Shown here in pieces: positions 1 to 9,207 of a stretch of 47,743 nucleotides of DNA. The stretch is from an uncultured Ktedonobacteraceae bacterium (GTDB taxonomy: Bacteria > Chloroflexota > Ktedonobacteria > Ktedonobacterales > Ktedonobacteraceae): contig CAXUGH010000006.1 of the NCBI GenBank assembly GCA_964250365.1, positions 2,157 through 49,899 of the forward strand, given 5' to 3'. The notes under the pieces were generated by a model. That model was not told the DNA's origin. It searched no databases and worked only from the letters and a program-made list of their open reading frames with translations. Each line of letters starts with the position of its first letter. Position 1 is the stretch's first letter. The position numbers and the translations under genes are program-made.

Positions 1-103
1 TACGAAAAAAAAAACCCCCCCGGCTACAATTCCCCAGTTGGGGTTGTTGTCTTTGCCATCTCTACTCTCCTCTAAAACGCCTTGATTATCGGAGTAAGGG
101 ATA

Positions 104-1231
104 TCAGTTGGTAGACAGAATTGCATTGTGTAGAGTCTGCCACGCCGGTTTCGCTGAGCCATCAGCTCTGCGAAGTCCGAAAAAGTTCTCGACAGTCGAT
201 GTACTAGTTCCCTGGTCTTTGTATGAATACCAGTAAATGGCACCAATGAAGTTCGATGCGCGAGCCAAGTGTATTGAGTCGTTCGCCATCTGCGCTTGAA
301 GAGCCTCGTCAACGTGGTCAGGATTCGAGCCGAATTTGTAGTCCACGAGAGTCGCTCCAACTCCAGGACCATTAGTGGGCGCACCATACTCAGTAATCCA
401 AATTTTCTTACTGGCTAAGCCGTGAGCTTTAAGAATGCCCTCGATATCTCCCACCATCTTTTGCCATGCATTCCAGTCCGCAGGATAACCAGGTAGCACT
501 GGAAATGAGTAGGGATGGTCTCCAATTGCGTCTGCGAAGTTTGCACCACCTTGATTAACGAATGCATTAAGGAAGTCGTGCTGAGAAATGTTGCCCTTCG
601 AGGTCGCAGTGGGAGCAAGGCCGCCAGAGACGATAAAGGCGTGCGGATCAACAGCTTTTATTGCTGTGGATGTCGCGTTCAATAATTGTATGTACTGGGC
701 GACATTTGGAGCGGGTTGCCAGAAGGCGACAACATTGGGTTCATTCCATATTTCCCATGTATGTACATTCATTGACATGTAGCGCGTAGCGGCAGCGGCA
801 GCGAACGAGGCGAACGCACTTGAGCTTGCAGGGGCACATTTTTCTGTCTTGCAACCTACTGGTCGTGCCCAAGCAGGAGTATAGTCAAGAATTGGGAGTA
901 CCGTCAGGTTTCTTGATTGTGCCGCCTGCACTACTCTGTCAAAGTTGCTCCAGTTGTAGGAAGTAGCCGAATCATGCTGGATATCGTTCCAGTCGAGGTC
1001 AATACGGATTGAGGTAACGCCTAGCGCAACCGCATCGTCGAGCGTCTGTGCAAGTACAGTTGGGCTATCTCCTACCAGCGTATCACCATAGGAGATACCC
1101 ACTGGGACGGACGTAGCTGTGTGTGCAACTGGTTTACTTGAGTGTGGAAAGCCCCACGGAGTAATGGTAAACATGAGGACCCATGTGCTCAAAAAGAGCG
1201 ATGTAAGCATGAATTTACTTGAATGTGGCAT
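104..1231 (-). CDS. Secreted glycoside hydrolase, GH5-like (clan GH-A TIM barrel)
   Basis: ORF 104..1318. WEIWNEPN (acid/base Glu) and WITEYGAP (nucleophile Glu) motifs. Start moved to ATG 1231 (Met30): a signal-like hydrophobic segment (FMLTSLFLSTWVLMFTI) follows it, and the upstream 87 nt of the ORF are the 72-nt repeat. Confidence 0.75.
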   Translation of the reverse strand: MPHSSKFMLTSLFLSTWVLMFTITPWGFPHSSKPVAHTATSVPVGISYGDTLVGDSPTVLAQTLDDAVALGVTSIRIDLDWNDIQHDSATSYNWSNFDRVVQAAQSRNLTVLPILDYTPAWARPVGCKTEKCAPASSSAFASFAAAAATRYMSMNVHTWEIWNEPNVVAFWQPAPNVAQYIQLLNATSTAIKAVDPHAFIVSGGLAPTATSKGNISQHDFLNAFVNQGGANFADAIGDHPYSFPVLPGYPADWNAWQKMVGDIEGILKAHGLASKKIWITEYGAPTNGPGVGATLVDYKFGSNPDHVDEALQAQMANDSIHLARASNFIGAIYWYSYKDQGTSTSTVENFFGLRRADGSAKPAWQTLHNAILSTN

Positions 1232-1259
1232 GGCATTTTCCTGGCGATTTTGACTAGAA

Positions 1260-1331
1260 GGGAGACTGCAAGGGTCTCCCTTACACGTAGAGGAACATGA
1301 ACATGTAGGGGAGACCACAAGGGTCTCCCTG
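1260..1331. repeat. 72-nt double-hairpin dispersed repeat, copy A
   Basis: GGGAGACTGCAAGGGTCTCCC...GGGGAGACCACAAGGGTCTCCCTG. Each end folds as GGAGACC-loop-GGTCTCC. 55/72 positions match 43832..43903 in an ungapped hand alignment. Confidence 0.7.
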
Positions 1332-1530
1332 TTCCCTCTTTATGCTCTGTTTTTACTTATCGGACAGGAATGCTTTCTTGAATATATTTTCATCAACCTA
1401 TTAAAATTTTGTCTGTGACGAAGCTAGGGCGCCCTGGTTTGGCAAACATTCACATTTTCACGTTAAGTGAACGCCTATAGGGTCGCCCATCGTTTTTTTG
1501 TACTCGCTCGTTCGTTCACATCCCACGTAC

Positions 1531-1561
1531 AAAAAAGGGACGACCTACTAGTGGTCATCCC
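1531..1561 (-). terminator. Rho-independent terminator of the GlsB-family gene
   Basis: The minus strand reads GGGATGACC-ACTAGTA-GGTCGTCCC followed by TTTTTT, about 48 nt after the stop at 1609. Confidence 0.7.
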
Positions 1562-1608
1562 TTTTAGAAACGCGTGCGAAATCTATGTCCGCGTGGGAAT
1601 CGCGTCGG

Positions 1609-1878
1609 TTATACGCGACGGCGTGTACCACCACTGACAAGGCGGAGCAGGAAGATCAGGATACAGGCACCAACGAAAGCAACAAAGATGCTCCATAGGA
1701 GGCCGCTACCGCCTAGGTTAAATGCATTCATAATGAAACCACCGATAAGGGCACCGACGATACCAACAACGATATCACCGACGACGCCGTAGCCACCGCC
1801 ACGCATAACAACACTAGCAAGGAAGCCAGCGATCAAACCCACGACGATCCAGAAAATCAAAGCTGTGATAAGTGACAT
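1609..1878 (-). CDS. GlsB/YeaQ/YmgE family (transglycosylase-associated) small membrane protein
   Basis: 89 aa with three Gly-rich hydrophobic helices (IVVGLIAGFLAS, VVGIVGALIGGFI, FVAFVGACILIFLL), the typical size and pattern of this family. Confidence 0.9.
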   Translation of the reverse strand: MSLITALIFWIVVGLIAGFLASVVMRGGGYGVVGDIVVGIVGALIGGFIMNAFNLGGSGLLWSIFVAFVGACILIFLLRLVSGGTRRRV

Positions 1879-2605
1879 TGTAAAAACTCCTTTTGTATCT
1901 AACGATCTAATCTATAGTCCTGTACAAATGCAGATGTACTACATTCTTCTGCTCACCATTCTGTGAGAAGAACTCTCTGCATTCGATGTTCATACTATAA
2001 CCTACTTTTTTTGATATATCAAGTGTTTTGAAATACTCTAAGATGGCCTTAAACCTGTACTTATGTTTCTAATTCTGTGAACAAATGATAGATAACCTAA
2101 TGCTCTTTTGACGCTCAATTTGGTACTTTACAAGAAGCCATCCTCATTTTTCTTATCTTTTTTAGTACGTATGAGATTGTGTAACCGTATACATTCCACG
2201 AATTGACCCAGCAGTTTTCTATGACTTTGATGTCAAAGGCTCTTTCTTGGATACTTCTGTTTAAACCAAATTGTATAGCTCGACTAATCGCAGCTATAAG
2301 AACGTCAAAGTTGTCACATCTTAGATGAAAGTTCAGGAGTTGAGAAAATTATCACTTTGGATGTCAAGTACATATAGGTCAAAGAACGAGAACGTTTCCT
2401 ACATTGTGTACCTTGACAAACTACCTGAGCAACATTATATTAGTACAGTACTTATTAGAGGATATATTCAGCTACTTTACAATTCATCTTTGATCCGTAA
2501 TTGATGTAATTTGTGCTTTGTGATTTTTGCAGGGTTAAGCTACACAGAACTATCTTTAAAGCGACTGCCGTCTACTGTATTATGTTTATCGTAGGAAGGT
2601 ACTAG

Positions 2606-4165
2606 ATGAAGTTCCGCCTGATTGTAAGCTTTGTAGGGGCTATAGTAGTAGTGATTGGTGCTACTCTAGCAGTATTCTTACTTAGACCAAATATTTTTTC
2701 ATCAAGACAGCCACAAACCTCTAGCATAATTGCACTTGAAAACGCTCATCAGGGAACAACTGATTGGCAAATTGCAGCAAAAAACGGTGCAACAATAGAA
2801 ATACAGGCATATGCTAACCAAACATCTGTGGCAAATGGGCAAAAGCTTACTTTCTATGTCAGCACTATACGAGAGCATACGATTTTTTCAGTTAAGATTT
2901 ATCGCTTAGGATGGTACGGAGGAGCTGGGGGACGACTCTTTGCAACTCAGGAAAACTTGATTGGTCATGCACAAGGATACTACAATTCCAATCTTCACCG
3001 TTTAATAAACTGTAAGTCTTGTCACGTTGACACCACTACAGGGCTTGTTGAAGCGAATTGGCAGCCCTCTTATACGCTTACCATTCCCTCTACCTGGGTC
3101 ACAGGAGTCTACTTAGCAAAATTTACTGATGCTCAGGGCAAACAGACCTACACGCCGTTTGATGTACAAGGCAACGCTCAAGCAACATATTTCGTTGTCA
3201 CTTCAAACACCACGTATCAAGCATACAACCAATGGGGCGGGTACAGTCTCTATAAATCATTTGACAACCATTTAGACAAAGCAGCAAAGGTATCGTTTGA
3301 CCGACCATATGATCGTGCGAATGGTGCAGGTGATTTACTCCTCTTTGAAATCGACGCTATCCGGTGGTTAGAACATCAAGGCTATGATCTTTCTTATGGA
3401 AGTAGTGTTGATGTGCATTCAGACCCAGCGCAACTACTCAATCACCACGCTTATCTCTCGCTCGGTCATGATGAATATTGGACGAAAGAGATGCGCGACG
3501 GTGTAGAGCGAGCGCGTGATAGCGGTGTAGGGCTTGCGTTTGTAGGTGCGAATGCGGCATATTGGCAGATGCGCTTCGAGCCTGATAGTGCAGGGATAGA
3601 AAATCGTACAGAGGTTTGCTACAAAGTGCAAACTTCTCTTAAAGACCTATCACGAGATCCGCTTTTTGGACAAGACAATAGCCGTGTAACGGCGCTATGG
3701 CGTGATCCTGTACTCGCACGTCCAGAGAATGCATTAATTGGTATTATGTGGTCTAATTATACACAGAATCCTCTCGGATTTCCCTGGCGGTTTGCGCCGG
3801 AAGCTGAGTCATCGTTGTTGGATGGTACAGGTCTGCAAGCAGGTCAAAAGTATGGCTGTGAACTCGTCGGCTATGAATGGGACCGTGTGTATGATAATGG
3901 AGCTACACCTGCCGGGTTACATATACTTGCGCGATCCGATACTGTGAATTTTCGCAATGAACGCGACTTCAGTAACACCACCTACTATATAGCTTCTTCG
4001 GGGTCAATGGTCTTTGCAACAGGTTCGATTTACTGGGCGGCAGGTTTGGACAGCTATCGTTACTCGCCTGAAAAAGTCTGCAATGGTCAAGTTGCGGTTA
4101 TTCCTGGTATGCAAAAGCTCATGATAAACGTTATGAAGACATTAGCAGTATCTCACGTCTCTTGA
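2606..4165 (+). CDS. Membrane-anchored N,N-dimethylformamidase beta-subunit-like (DUF6605-type) domain protein
   Basis: N-terminal TM helix. YQAYNQWGGYSLY and LGHDEYWTKEMRD motifs, which I associate from memory with this family. RBS GGAAGG lies 6 nt upstream. Paralog of 6556..8151. Confidence 0.65.
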   Translation: MKFRLIVSFVGAIVVVIGATLAVFLLRPNIFSSRQPQTSSIIALENAHQGTTDWQIAAKNGATIEIQAYANQTSVANGQKLTFYVSTIREHTIFSVKIYRLGWYGGAGGRLFATQENLIGHAQGYYNSNLHRLINCKSCHVDTTTGLVEANWQPSYTLTIPSTWVTGVYLAKFTDAQGKQTYTPFDVQGNAQATYFVVTSNTTYQAYNQWGGYSLYKSFDNHLDKAAKVSFDRPYDRANGAGDLLLFEIDAIRWLEHQGYDLSYGSSVDVHSDPAQLLNHHAYLSLGHDEYWTKEMRDGVERARDSGVGLAFVGANAAYWQMRFEPDSAGIENRTEVCYKVQTSLKDLSRDPLFGQDNSRVTALWRDPVLARPENALIGIMWSNYTQNPLGFPWRFAPEAESSLLDGTGLQAGQKYGCELVGYEWDRVYDNGATPAGLHILARSDTVNFRNERDFSNTTYYIASSGSMVFATGSIYWAAGLDSYRYSPEKVCNGQVAVIPGMQKLMINVMKTLAVSHVS

Positions 4166-4170
4166 TAACT

Positions 4171-5226
4171 ATGAAACAAACATCTACAATCTCATCTTAT
4201 AGGTGCCAATATAGAGCTGTTTCTCTGCTGGTTATTGTCGCTCTTGCTCTTGTAGCATGTATGACACAGCAAATTCCTAGGAAACAGATGATATATCGCG
4301 CCACGATGATTTATCAAGGGGTATATGTGCGTGGTCTTACTTCACCAGATTTGGAGAAGTTACGACAATTTGAAACTGATGTTGAGAAAAAAGCCGCCAT
4401 TGTTATGTGGTACCAGTCATGGGCTGCACCAAATGAAATGAATTTTAATACTGCGTTGATGAACGCAGTAAGACAGCATGGCTCAATTCCTCTTATCACA
4501 TGGGAGCCGAGAAACATCTTGCAAGGACCGAATCAGCCACAGTTTAAGCTGCAAAACATCATTGATGGTTTCTACGACAGATACATCCGCACTTTTGCGT
4601 ATTACGCTAAACTATGGAACCATCCATTCTTTTTGCGTTTTGCTCATGAAATGAATGATCAATGGGCACCTTGGTCAGAGCAAGTAAATAACAATAGAAC
4701 AGGACAATATATACTCGCGTGGAGACATATTCATGATATATTTAAAGCAGAAGGTACAGCAAATGCTACATGGGTATGGTGTCCCGATTCGGGTGCAGAC
4801 ATAGATACTCTTCGAGAACTCTACCCTGGTGATTCGTATGTCGATTGGGTGTGTATGGATGGATATAATGATGGCAATGATCAATGGAGATCATTTGCCA
4901 CAACTATCGGACCCACTTACGAGAACTTGCGTGAGATTACAGACAAACCGCAGATGATAGCAGAAATAGGTTCAGCAGAAAAAGGGGGAAGTAAGGCCAA
5001 TTGGATTACTGATGCATACTCCTACCAACTGCCGAACAACTTTCCGGCTATACGAGCAATTTTATGGTTCAACGTCAATCAAGAGAAGGAAACCGTAGGA
5101 ATTGACTGGCGCATTGAGTCTTCTACTGCCTCACAACATGCCTTTGCCTCCGCAGTACATGCTCCGATTTATGTCACGAATCAATTCTCTTCTTTAACTA
5201 AATCACCGATACCAAGTTTAGGTTAA
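4171..5226 (+). CDS. Glycoside hydrolase family 26-like (beta-mannanase-like), probable lipoprotein
   Basis: FLRFAHEMN (acid/base Glu) and MIAEIGS (nucleophile Glu), plus ITWEP and WVWCP strands. Hydrophobic N-terminus ends in a lipobox-like LVAC. The ORF track starts at TTG 4162, overlapping the upstream stop; the first ATG is 4171. Confidence 0.75.
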   Translation: MKQTSTISSYRCQYRAVSLLVIVALALVACMTQQIPRKQMIYRATMIYQGVYVRGLTSPDLEKLRQFETDVEKKAAIVMWYQSWAAPNEMNFNTALMNAVRQHGSIPLITWEPRNILQGPNQPQFKLQNIIDGFYDRYIRTFAYYAKLWNHPFFLRFAHEMNDQWAPWSEQVNNNRTGQYILAWRHIHDIFKAEGTANATWVWCPDSGADIDTLRELYPGDSYVDWVCMDGYNDGNDQWRSFATTIGPTYENLREITDKPQMIAEIGSAEKGGSKANWITDAYSYQLPNNFPAIRAILWFNVNQEKETVGIDWRIESSTASQHAFASAVHAPIYVTNQFSSLTKSPIPSLG

Positions 5227-5291
5227 TGCATTCATTCGGGGAGCGTAACGTTATGCTATATCAACTAGCTACACTCCCCGAACGAATGCAT
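5226..5291. terminator. Long hairpin between convergent genes (bidirectional terminator candidate)
   Basis: ATGCATTCATTCGGGGAG (5226-5243) pairs with CTCCCCGAACGAATGCAT (5274-5291) with one mismatch and a 30-nt loop. It spans almost stop to stop. Confidence 0.5.
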
Positions 5292-5294
5292 CGG

Positions 5295-6527
5295 CTATTT
5301 CGCCAATCTTACCTTTCTTACTACCGCCTTTGAGACACGGCGTGCTGCTGCCTCAGTACCTATAACAAAGCGATACAAAGGACCAAAGCTAGCAACCGAG
5401 GATATACCAATGAAATATAATCCTGGTATGCTACTCTCGAACTGGTCATTCAAGATTGGTGCGTTCTGGTATGTTTGTATCTTTGATAACAATGAAGAGT
5501 GTAACATCTTTAACTTCTTAGTATCAACACGGTATCCTGTTGCAAGAATTACATGATCGGCTTTTAGTGTTGTATTGTCTGAAAGGGACAGACTTACACC
5601 ATCATCTAGTTCTTTCATTGATTGCACATGCTGCTGATGTATGGATATCTTTCCGTCAATGCGTGGTTTCAACCAGGGTGCTCCAGCAGGACCATAACGA
5701 CCACGCCCCAAAAGCAACTTATTCTTAGCCGTGCGTGAAAGTCGCCAGAAAGCGTAAGGGAAATGCTCTAATCCCCAACTAAACCAACTATAGCCAATAC
5801 CTGCTTTGGGATGGCGAAGCATGTGCAGAGGAGAGAGAGGAATAGAGGTTCCAAGCCCCGCAAGCCAGACAATAGGATGTCGAGTTACTAACTGCACATG
5901 GGCACCGCACTCCTGAACAAGAGCAGATGTCTCCAACGCGCTTTGTCCGCCCCCTATGACGATCACCTGTTTGTCAATAAAACGGTCAAAAGAGATATGA
6001 TCCGCAGCGTGAGACACCAGATCAGGAGAAAATGAATCATACTCAGCTGGTCGATACTTATAATAACTCAATCCAGGAGCGAGTATAACAGCCGAGCTTT
6101 GTACGACCCGATCATCTACAAGAGTGACGATAAAACCTTCATCTTTCTTCTCGATAGTTTTCACAAAGGTCTCATCTACATTTGGCACGGCTTGCTTTTG
6201 AAACCATAAAGCATAGTCGATAAACGTTTCCATTGTAAGAGGAGAACTAGGTTGAATTTCTTTTTTCTGAAAGTACCTTTCTAAGGTGCAACGTGCATGC
6301 GGATCTGATAGATTGGTTGCCCACCACTCTGAGCGCAACATCATGCCTTTAGGCATCGATTCGAGCCACAAGGCTAGAGGTTTTCCAAATATTGCGACAT
6401 TCATTCCACTTTCTTGTAGGTGCGCCGCCGCTGAAAGGCCATAAGGACCAGCTCCTACTATAATTACATCATAATGCGTTGGAGATAGAACATCTTGCGA
6501 TTTTTGGACATTAGACGGTACAGTCAT
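5295..6527 (-). CDS. FAD/NAD(P)-binding oxidoreductase, class-B flavin monooxygenase-like
   Basis: Two dinucleotide-binding motifs (VIIVGAGPYGLS and VIVIGGGQSALE) and an ATGY motif (HVILATGYRVD). RBS AAGGAGG lies 8 nt upstream of ATG 6527. Confidence 0.75.
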   Translation of the reverse strand: MTVPSNVQKSQDVLSPTHYDVIIVGAGPYGLSAAAHLQESGMNVAIFGKPLALWLESMPKGMMLRSEWWATNLSDPHARCTLERYFQKKEIQPSSPLTMETFIDYALWFQKQAVPNVDETFVKTIEKKDEGFIVTLVDDRVVQSSAVILAPGLSYYKYRPAEYDSFSPDLVSHAADHISFDRFIDKQVIVIGGGQSALETSALVQECGAHVQLVTRHPIVWLAGLGTSIPLSPLHMLRHPKAGIGYSWFSWGLEHFPYAFWRLSRTAKNKLLLGRGRYGPAGAPWLKPRIDGKISIHQQHVQSMKELDDGVSLSLSDNTTLKADHVILATGYRVDTKKLKMLHSSLLSKIQTYQNAPILNDQFESSIPGLYFIGISSVASFGPLYRFVIGTEAAARRVSKAVVRKVRLAK

Positions 6528-6555
6528 AACAATTGCCTCCTTAAAAGGTTACGAT

Positions 6556-8151
6556 TCAATGCTGGTTCACTACTAAAGCATCCATAACATGCTCCATCAA
6601 CTTCTGCATGCCCGGAACTACATGTTTTTGACCGGAACACGATGGGTCCGTGTAGAGTCGATATTCATCGAGGGCTGTAGTCCAGAAAATGGAACCGGTA
6701 GCAAAGACCATTGCCCCTGATGAAGCGATGTAGTACGTTGTATTGCTCACGTCTGATTTATTCGTAAGATCAACAGTATGTGATACACTAAGCACCTGTA
6801 ATCCTGGAGGCGTAGCTCCATTGTTATAGATGCGGTCCCATTCGTAGCCTACTACTCCACACCCATACATTTGCCCCTGTTGAAGTCCGGTTCCTTCTAA
6901 AAGAGAGGAGTTTGCTTCAGGATTGACACGCCACGGATATCCTCTCACGCGATGAACGTCAGAAGAGAACATAATACCGGCTAGAGCGTTTTCTGGGCGA
7001 GCGAGCAGAGGATCACGCCATAGAGTGGTTACGCGGCTATTATCCTTACCATAAAGCGGATCATTCGAGAGATCCTTGTGAGAGGTCTCTACTTTATAAC
7101 AAACTATCGTTCGATTTGGAGTACCAGCACTATCCGGTTCAAAGCGCATTTGCCAGTACACTTCGTTTCCTTCAAAAAATGCTAAGCCCACGCCGTGATT
7201 CCGCGCAGACTCTACACCATCACGCATTTCTTTCGTCCAGTATTCATCGTGACCAAGCGAAAGATAGGCGCGGTAATGTAGTATTTGTGCAGGATTTGCA
7301 TGGAGATCGACATCGCTCATGTAGGATACACTGTACCCCTCTCTTTCCATCCAGTGAATAGCTGGAGCTTCCATAACAAGAACTTGGGCTGAACCATATC
7401 CATCAGCTTCAGTGTAGGGTCGATTAAACGATACTTTGACGCCGCGTCCTATGCTCCCGATGCCAGCAGGGTTATATGCCATGTAGAGACTGTACTCACC
7501 CCAATCATTGTAGGCTTGGTAGGTCGTGTCGGCTGTCACAGCAATGTAAGAAGTTGTTGGCCCTTTCACATCAAACGGCACATATGTTTGCAAATTATTT
7601 GCATCAATAAATTTTGCTAGATAGACTCCTGTCATCCAATTGGAAGGAATCGTCAGAGTATAGGATGGATGCCAGTGTGCATCAACAAGCCCTGTTGAGA
7701 CATCTACAGTACATGAAGTACAATCAATGAGTTGATGGCTGTTAGGATTGTAGTATCCTTGCTGATGACCTATCTGGCTTTTGATGGAAGTCATCAAGCG
7801 TCCCCCAGTACCGCCATACCATCCCAGGCGGTAGATTTCAATAGAATACACGGCGTTATTTGTTTGGGTACTTGCATAAAAGGTCAGCCTTTGCCCAGGG
7901 AATATAGAAGTTGCACTGGCATACGCCTGAATTTGCACAGTAGCTTCATCACGTCCCGGAATCCTCCACCTCGTTGTACCATGCTGTGTATTCTCAAGAA
8001 TGATAGCTTTACTTCGAGTAATTTCTGTATTTCCTAGCTTGAGTGAAGACATTTGTTTAACAGACGCATGCGATTTATACATCATAAAAGTAAATAGCGA
8101 GGCACCTATTGCCAAAGCTATCAGTATAAGCACTACAATCTTGCGTCTCAT
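6556..8151 (-). CDS. Membrane-anchored N,N-dimethylformamidase beta-subunit-like domain protein (paralog of 2606..4165)
   Basis: Same architecture and motifs (YQAYNDWGEYSLY, LGHDEYWTKEMRDGVE). Colinear with the 2606 ORF over the full length. ATGA start/stop overlap with the upstream GT gene. Confidence 0.65.
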   Translation of the reverse strand: MRRKIVVLILIALAIGASLFTFMMYKSHASVKQMSSLKLGNTEITRSKAIILENTQHGTTRWRIPGRDEATVQIQAYASATSIFPGQRLTFYASTQTNNAVYSIEIYRLGWYGGTGGRLMTSIKSQIGHQQGYYNPNSHQLIDCTSCTVDVSTGLVDAHWHPSYTLTIPSNWMTGVYLAKFIDANNLQTYVPFDVKGPTTSYIAVTADTTYQAYNDWGEYSLYMAYNPAGIGSIGRGVKVSFNRPYTEADGYGSAQVLVMEAPAIHWMEREGYSVSYMSDVDLHANPAQILHYRAYLSLGHDEYWTKEMRDGVESARNHGVGLAFFEGNEVYWQMRFEPDSAGTPNRTIVCYKVETSHKDLSNDPLYGKDNSRVTTLWRDPLLARPENALAGIMFSSDVHRVRGYPWRVNPEANSSLLEGTGLQQGQMYGCGVVGYEWDRIYNNGATPPGLQVLSVSHTVDLTNKSDVSNTTYYIASSGAMVFATGSIFWTTALDEYRLYTDPSCSGQKHVVPGMQKLMEHVMDALVVNQH

Positions 8152-9155
8152 CTTGAATTCTCCACAATTGACTGATACTCTGTTTCGAGCTTAGTAGAAA
8201 GACTACGAGAGTCATGATGCTTGATAATCCAAGCTCGCGCTTGTTGCCCCAAAGCTTTTGCATCCTCTGGATGTTGAAAAAGATATTCGAGTTGTGTATC
8301 TAAATCTTCAGCGGTGTTAGCATGGCATAAGGGTGGTGACATTGGATAAGCGTCTTCATAATGGAAGGGACAAATCACCGGTTTCGCACAACTCATTGCT
8401 TGCAATTCACAGAAGGAGAGTATGCCCAAGAAAAATTGACCAACTACCACATCAGCTGATCGAAGTAAATGATGCACTTCTTGATAAGGAACAGGAGAAA
8501 TAAACTCAAAACGCCCCTCATACTTCTGCTTGTAATACTCCTTCAACATTCCCCAATCCAATAATTGCACACGAACATTGGGGTGACGACGAGAAAAACG
8601 GTCTAATCCTTCTGTAGCAATATCAGGTCCCTTAATTGGATCAAGGCGTGTAAAAAAGAGAATAGTCCAAGGTTGGGTAGAAGACAACGTATTTTCGGCG
8701 GGTGCGAATTGTTCTGTATCAACTAGCCCTGGAAAATAGGTAGCACGAGGATATACTGCCTGCACAATTGGCACGAGGTCCGGTGTGATGCAATGAACGC
8801 CAGCAGAGCGGTGAAAAACAGCGGAGAGGAGTAAACGAAAAAAAGGATGCTTCAAGCGATATCGCACGTCACTACCATGACACTCTACAATAAAAGGAAT
8901 GCGACTTGTTAATCCGAGAATACCATAGCTAGCCCAATGAATATGAGCGAGATCAAAGTGATTTGTGTCAAGTTCTCCAACCACACGACGCAGGCTCAGG
9001 GTACGTCCTAGCATTTTAGTAAGCTTTATTGGAAGAGAATCCGTGTTGCCATTTAGACTAGGTTGATACACTTTTACGAAATGATTGCGCCGAGCCAACT
9101 CACGAGCCTGGATTGCGGCGACTTGATTCAAATTACGAACGTAGAGAATACGCAT
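8148..9155 (-). CDS. GT-B fold glycosyltransferase (GT4-like)
   Basis: N-terminus MRILYV...; C-terminal CELQAMSCAKPVI (EX7E-type motif). GGAGG lies just upstream of ATG 9155; the ORF-track start 9170 is also possible. Confidence 0.7.
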   Translation of the reverse strand: MRILYVRNLNQVAAIQARELARRNHFVKVYQPSLNGNTDSLPIKLTKMLGRTLSLRRVVGELDTNHFDLAHIHWASYGILGLTSRIPFIVECHGSDVRYRLKHPFFRLLLSAVFHRSAGVHCITPDLVPIVQAVYPRATYFPGLVDTEQFAPAENTLSSTQPWTILFFTRLDPIKGPDIATEGLDRFSRRHPNVRVQLLDWGMLKEYYKQKYEGRFEFISPVPYQEVHHLLRSADVVVGQFFLGILSFCELQAMSCAKPVICPFHYEDAYPMSPPLCHANTAEDLDTQLEYLFQHPEDAKALGQQARAWIIKHHDSRSLSTKLETEYQSIVENSR

Positions 9156-9207
9156 ATGACCTCCGAGCATAGATTAAGCATACGCATCAAATCTATGCTA
9201 GTCGTAC

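Noticed and set aside
1-60. A11/C7 homopolymer run and a CCCCAGTTGGGG mini-hairpin as terminator of the GH5-like gene
   Set aside because: On the minus strand a G7-T11 tract follows only a 4-5-bp stem, which is not a convincing intrinsic terminator. It also sits at the window edge, where context is missing. It could equally be slippage-prone or assembly-end sequence.
1232-1318. N-terminal 29 codons of ORF 104..1318 (MVSPTCSCSSTCKGDPCSLPSS...)
   Set aside because: This stretch is the translated 72-nt palindromic repeat (the same GDPC(S/G)LP peptide arises at copy B). A signal-like sequence starts right after Met30, so the real start is more likely ATG 1231.
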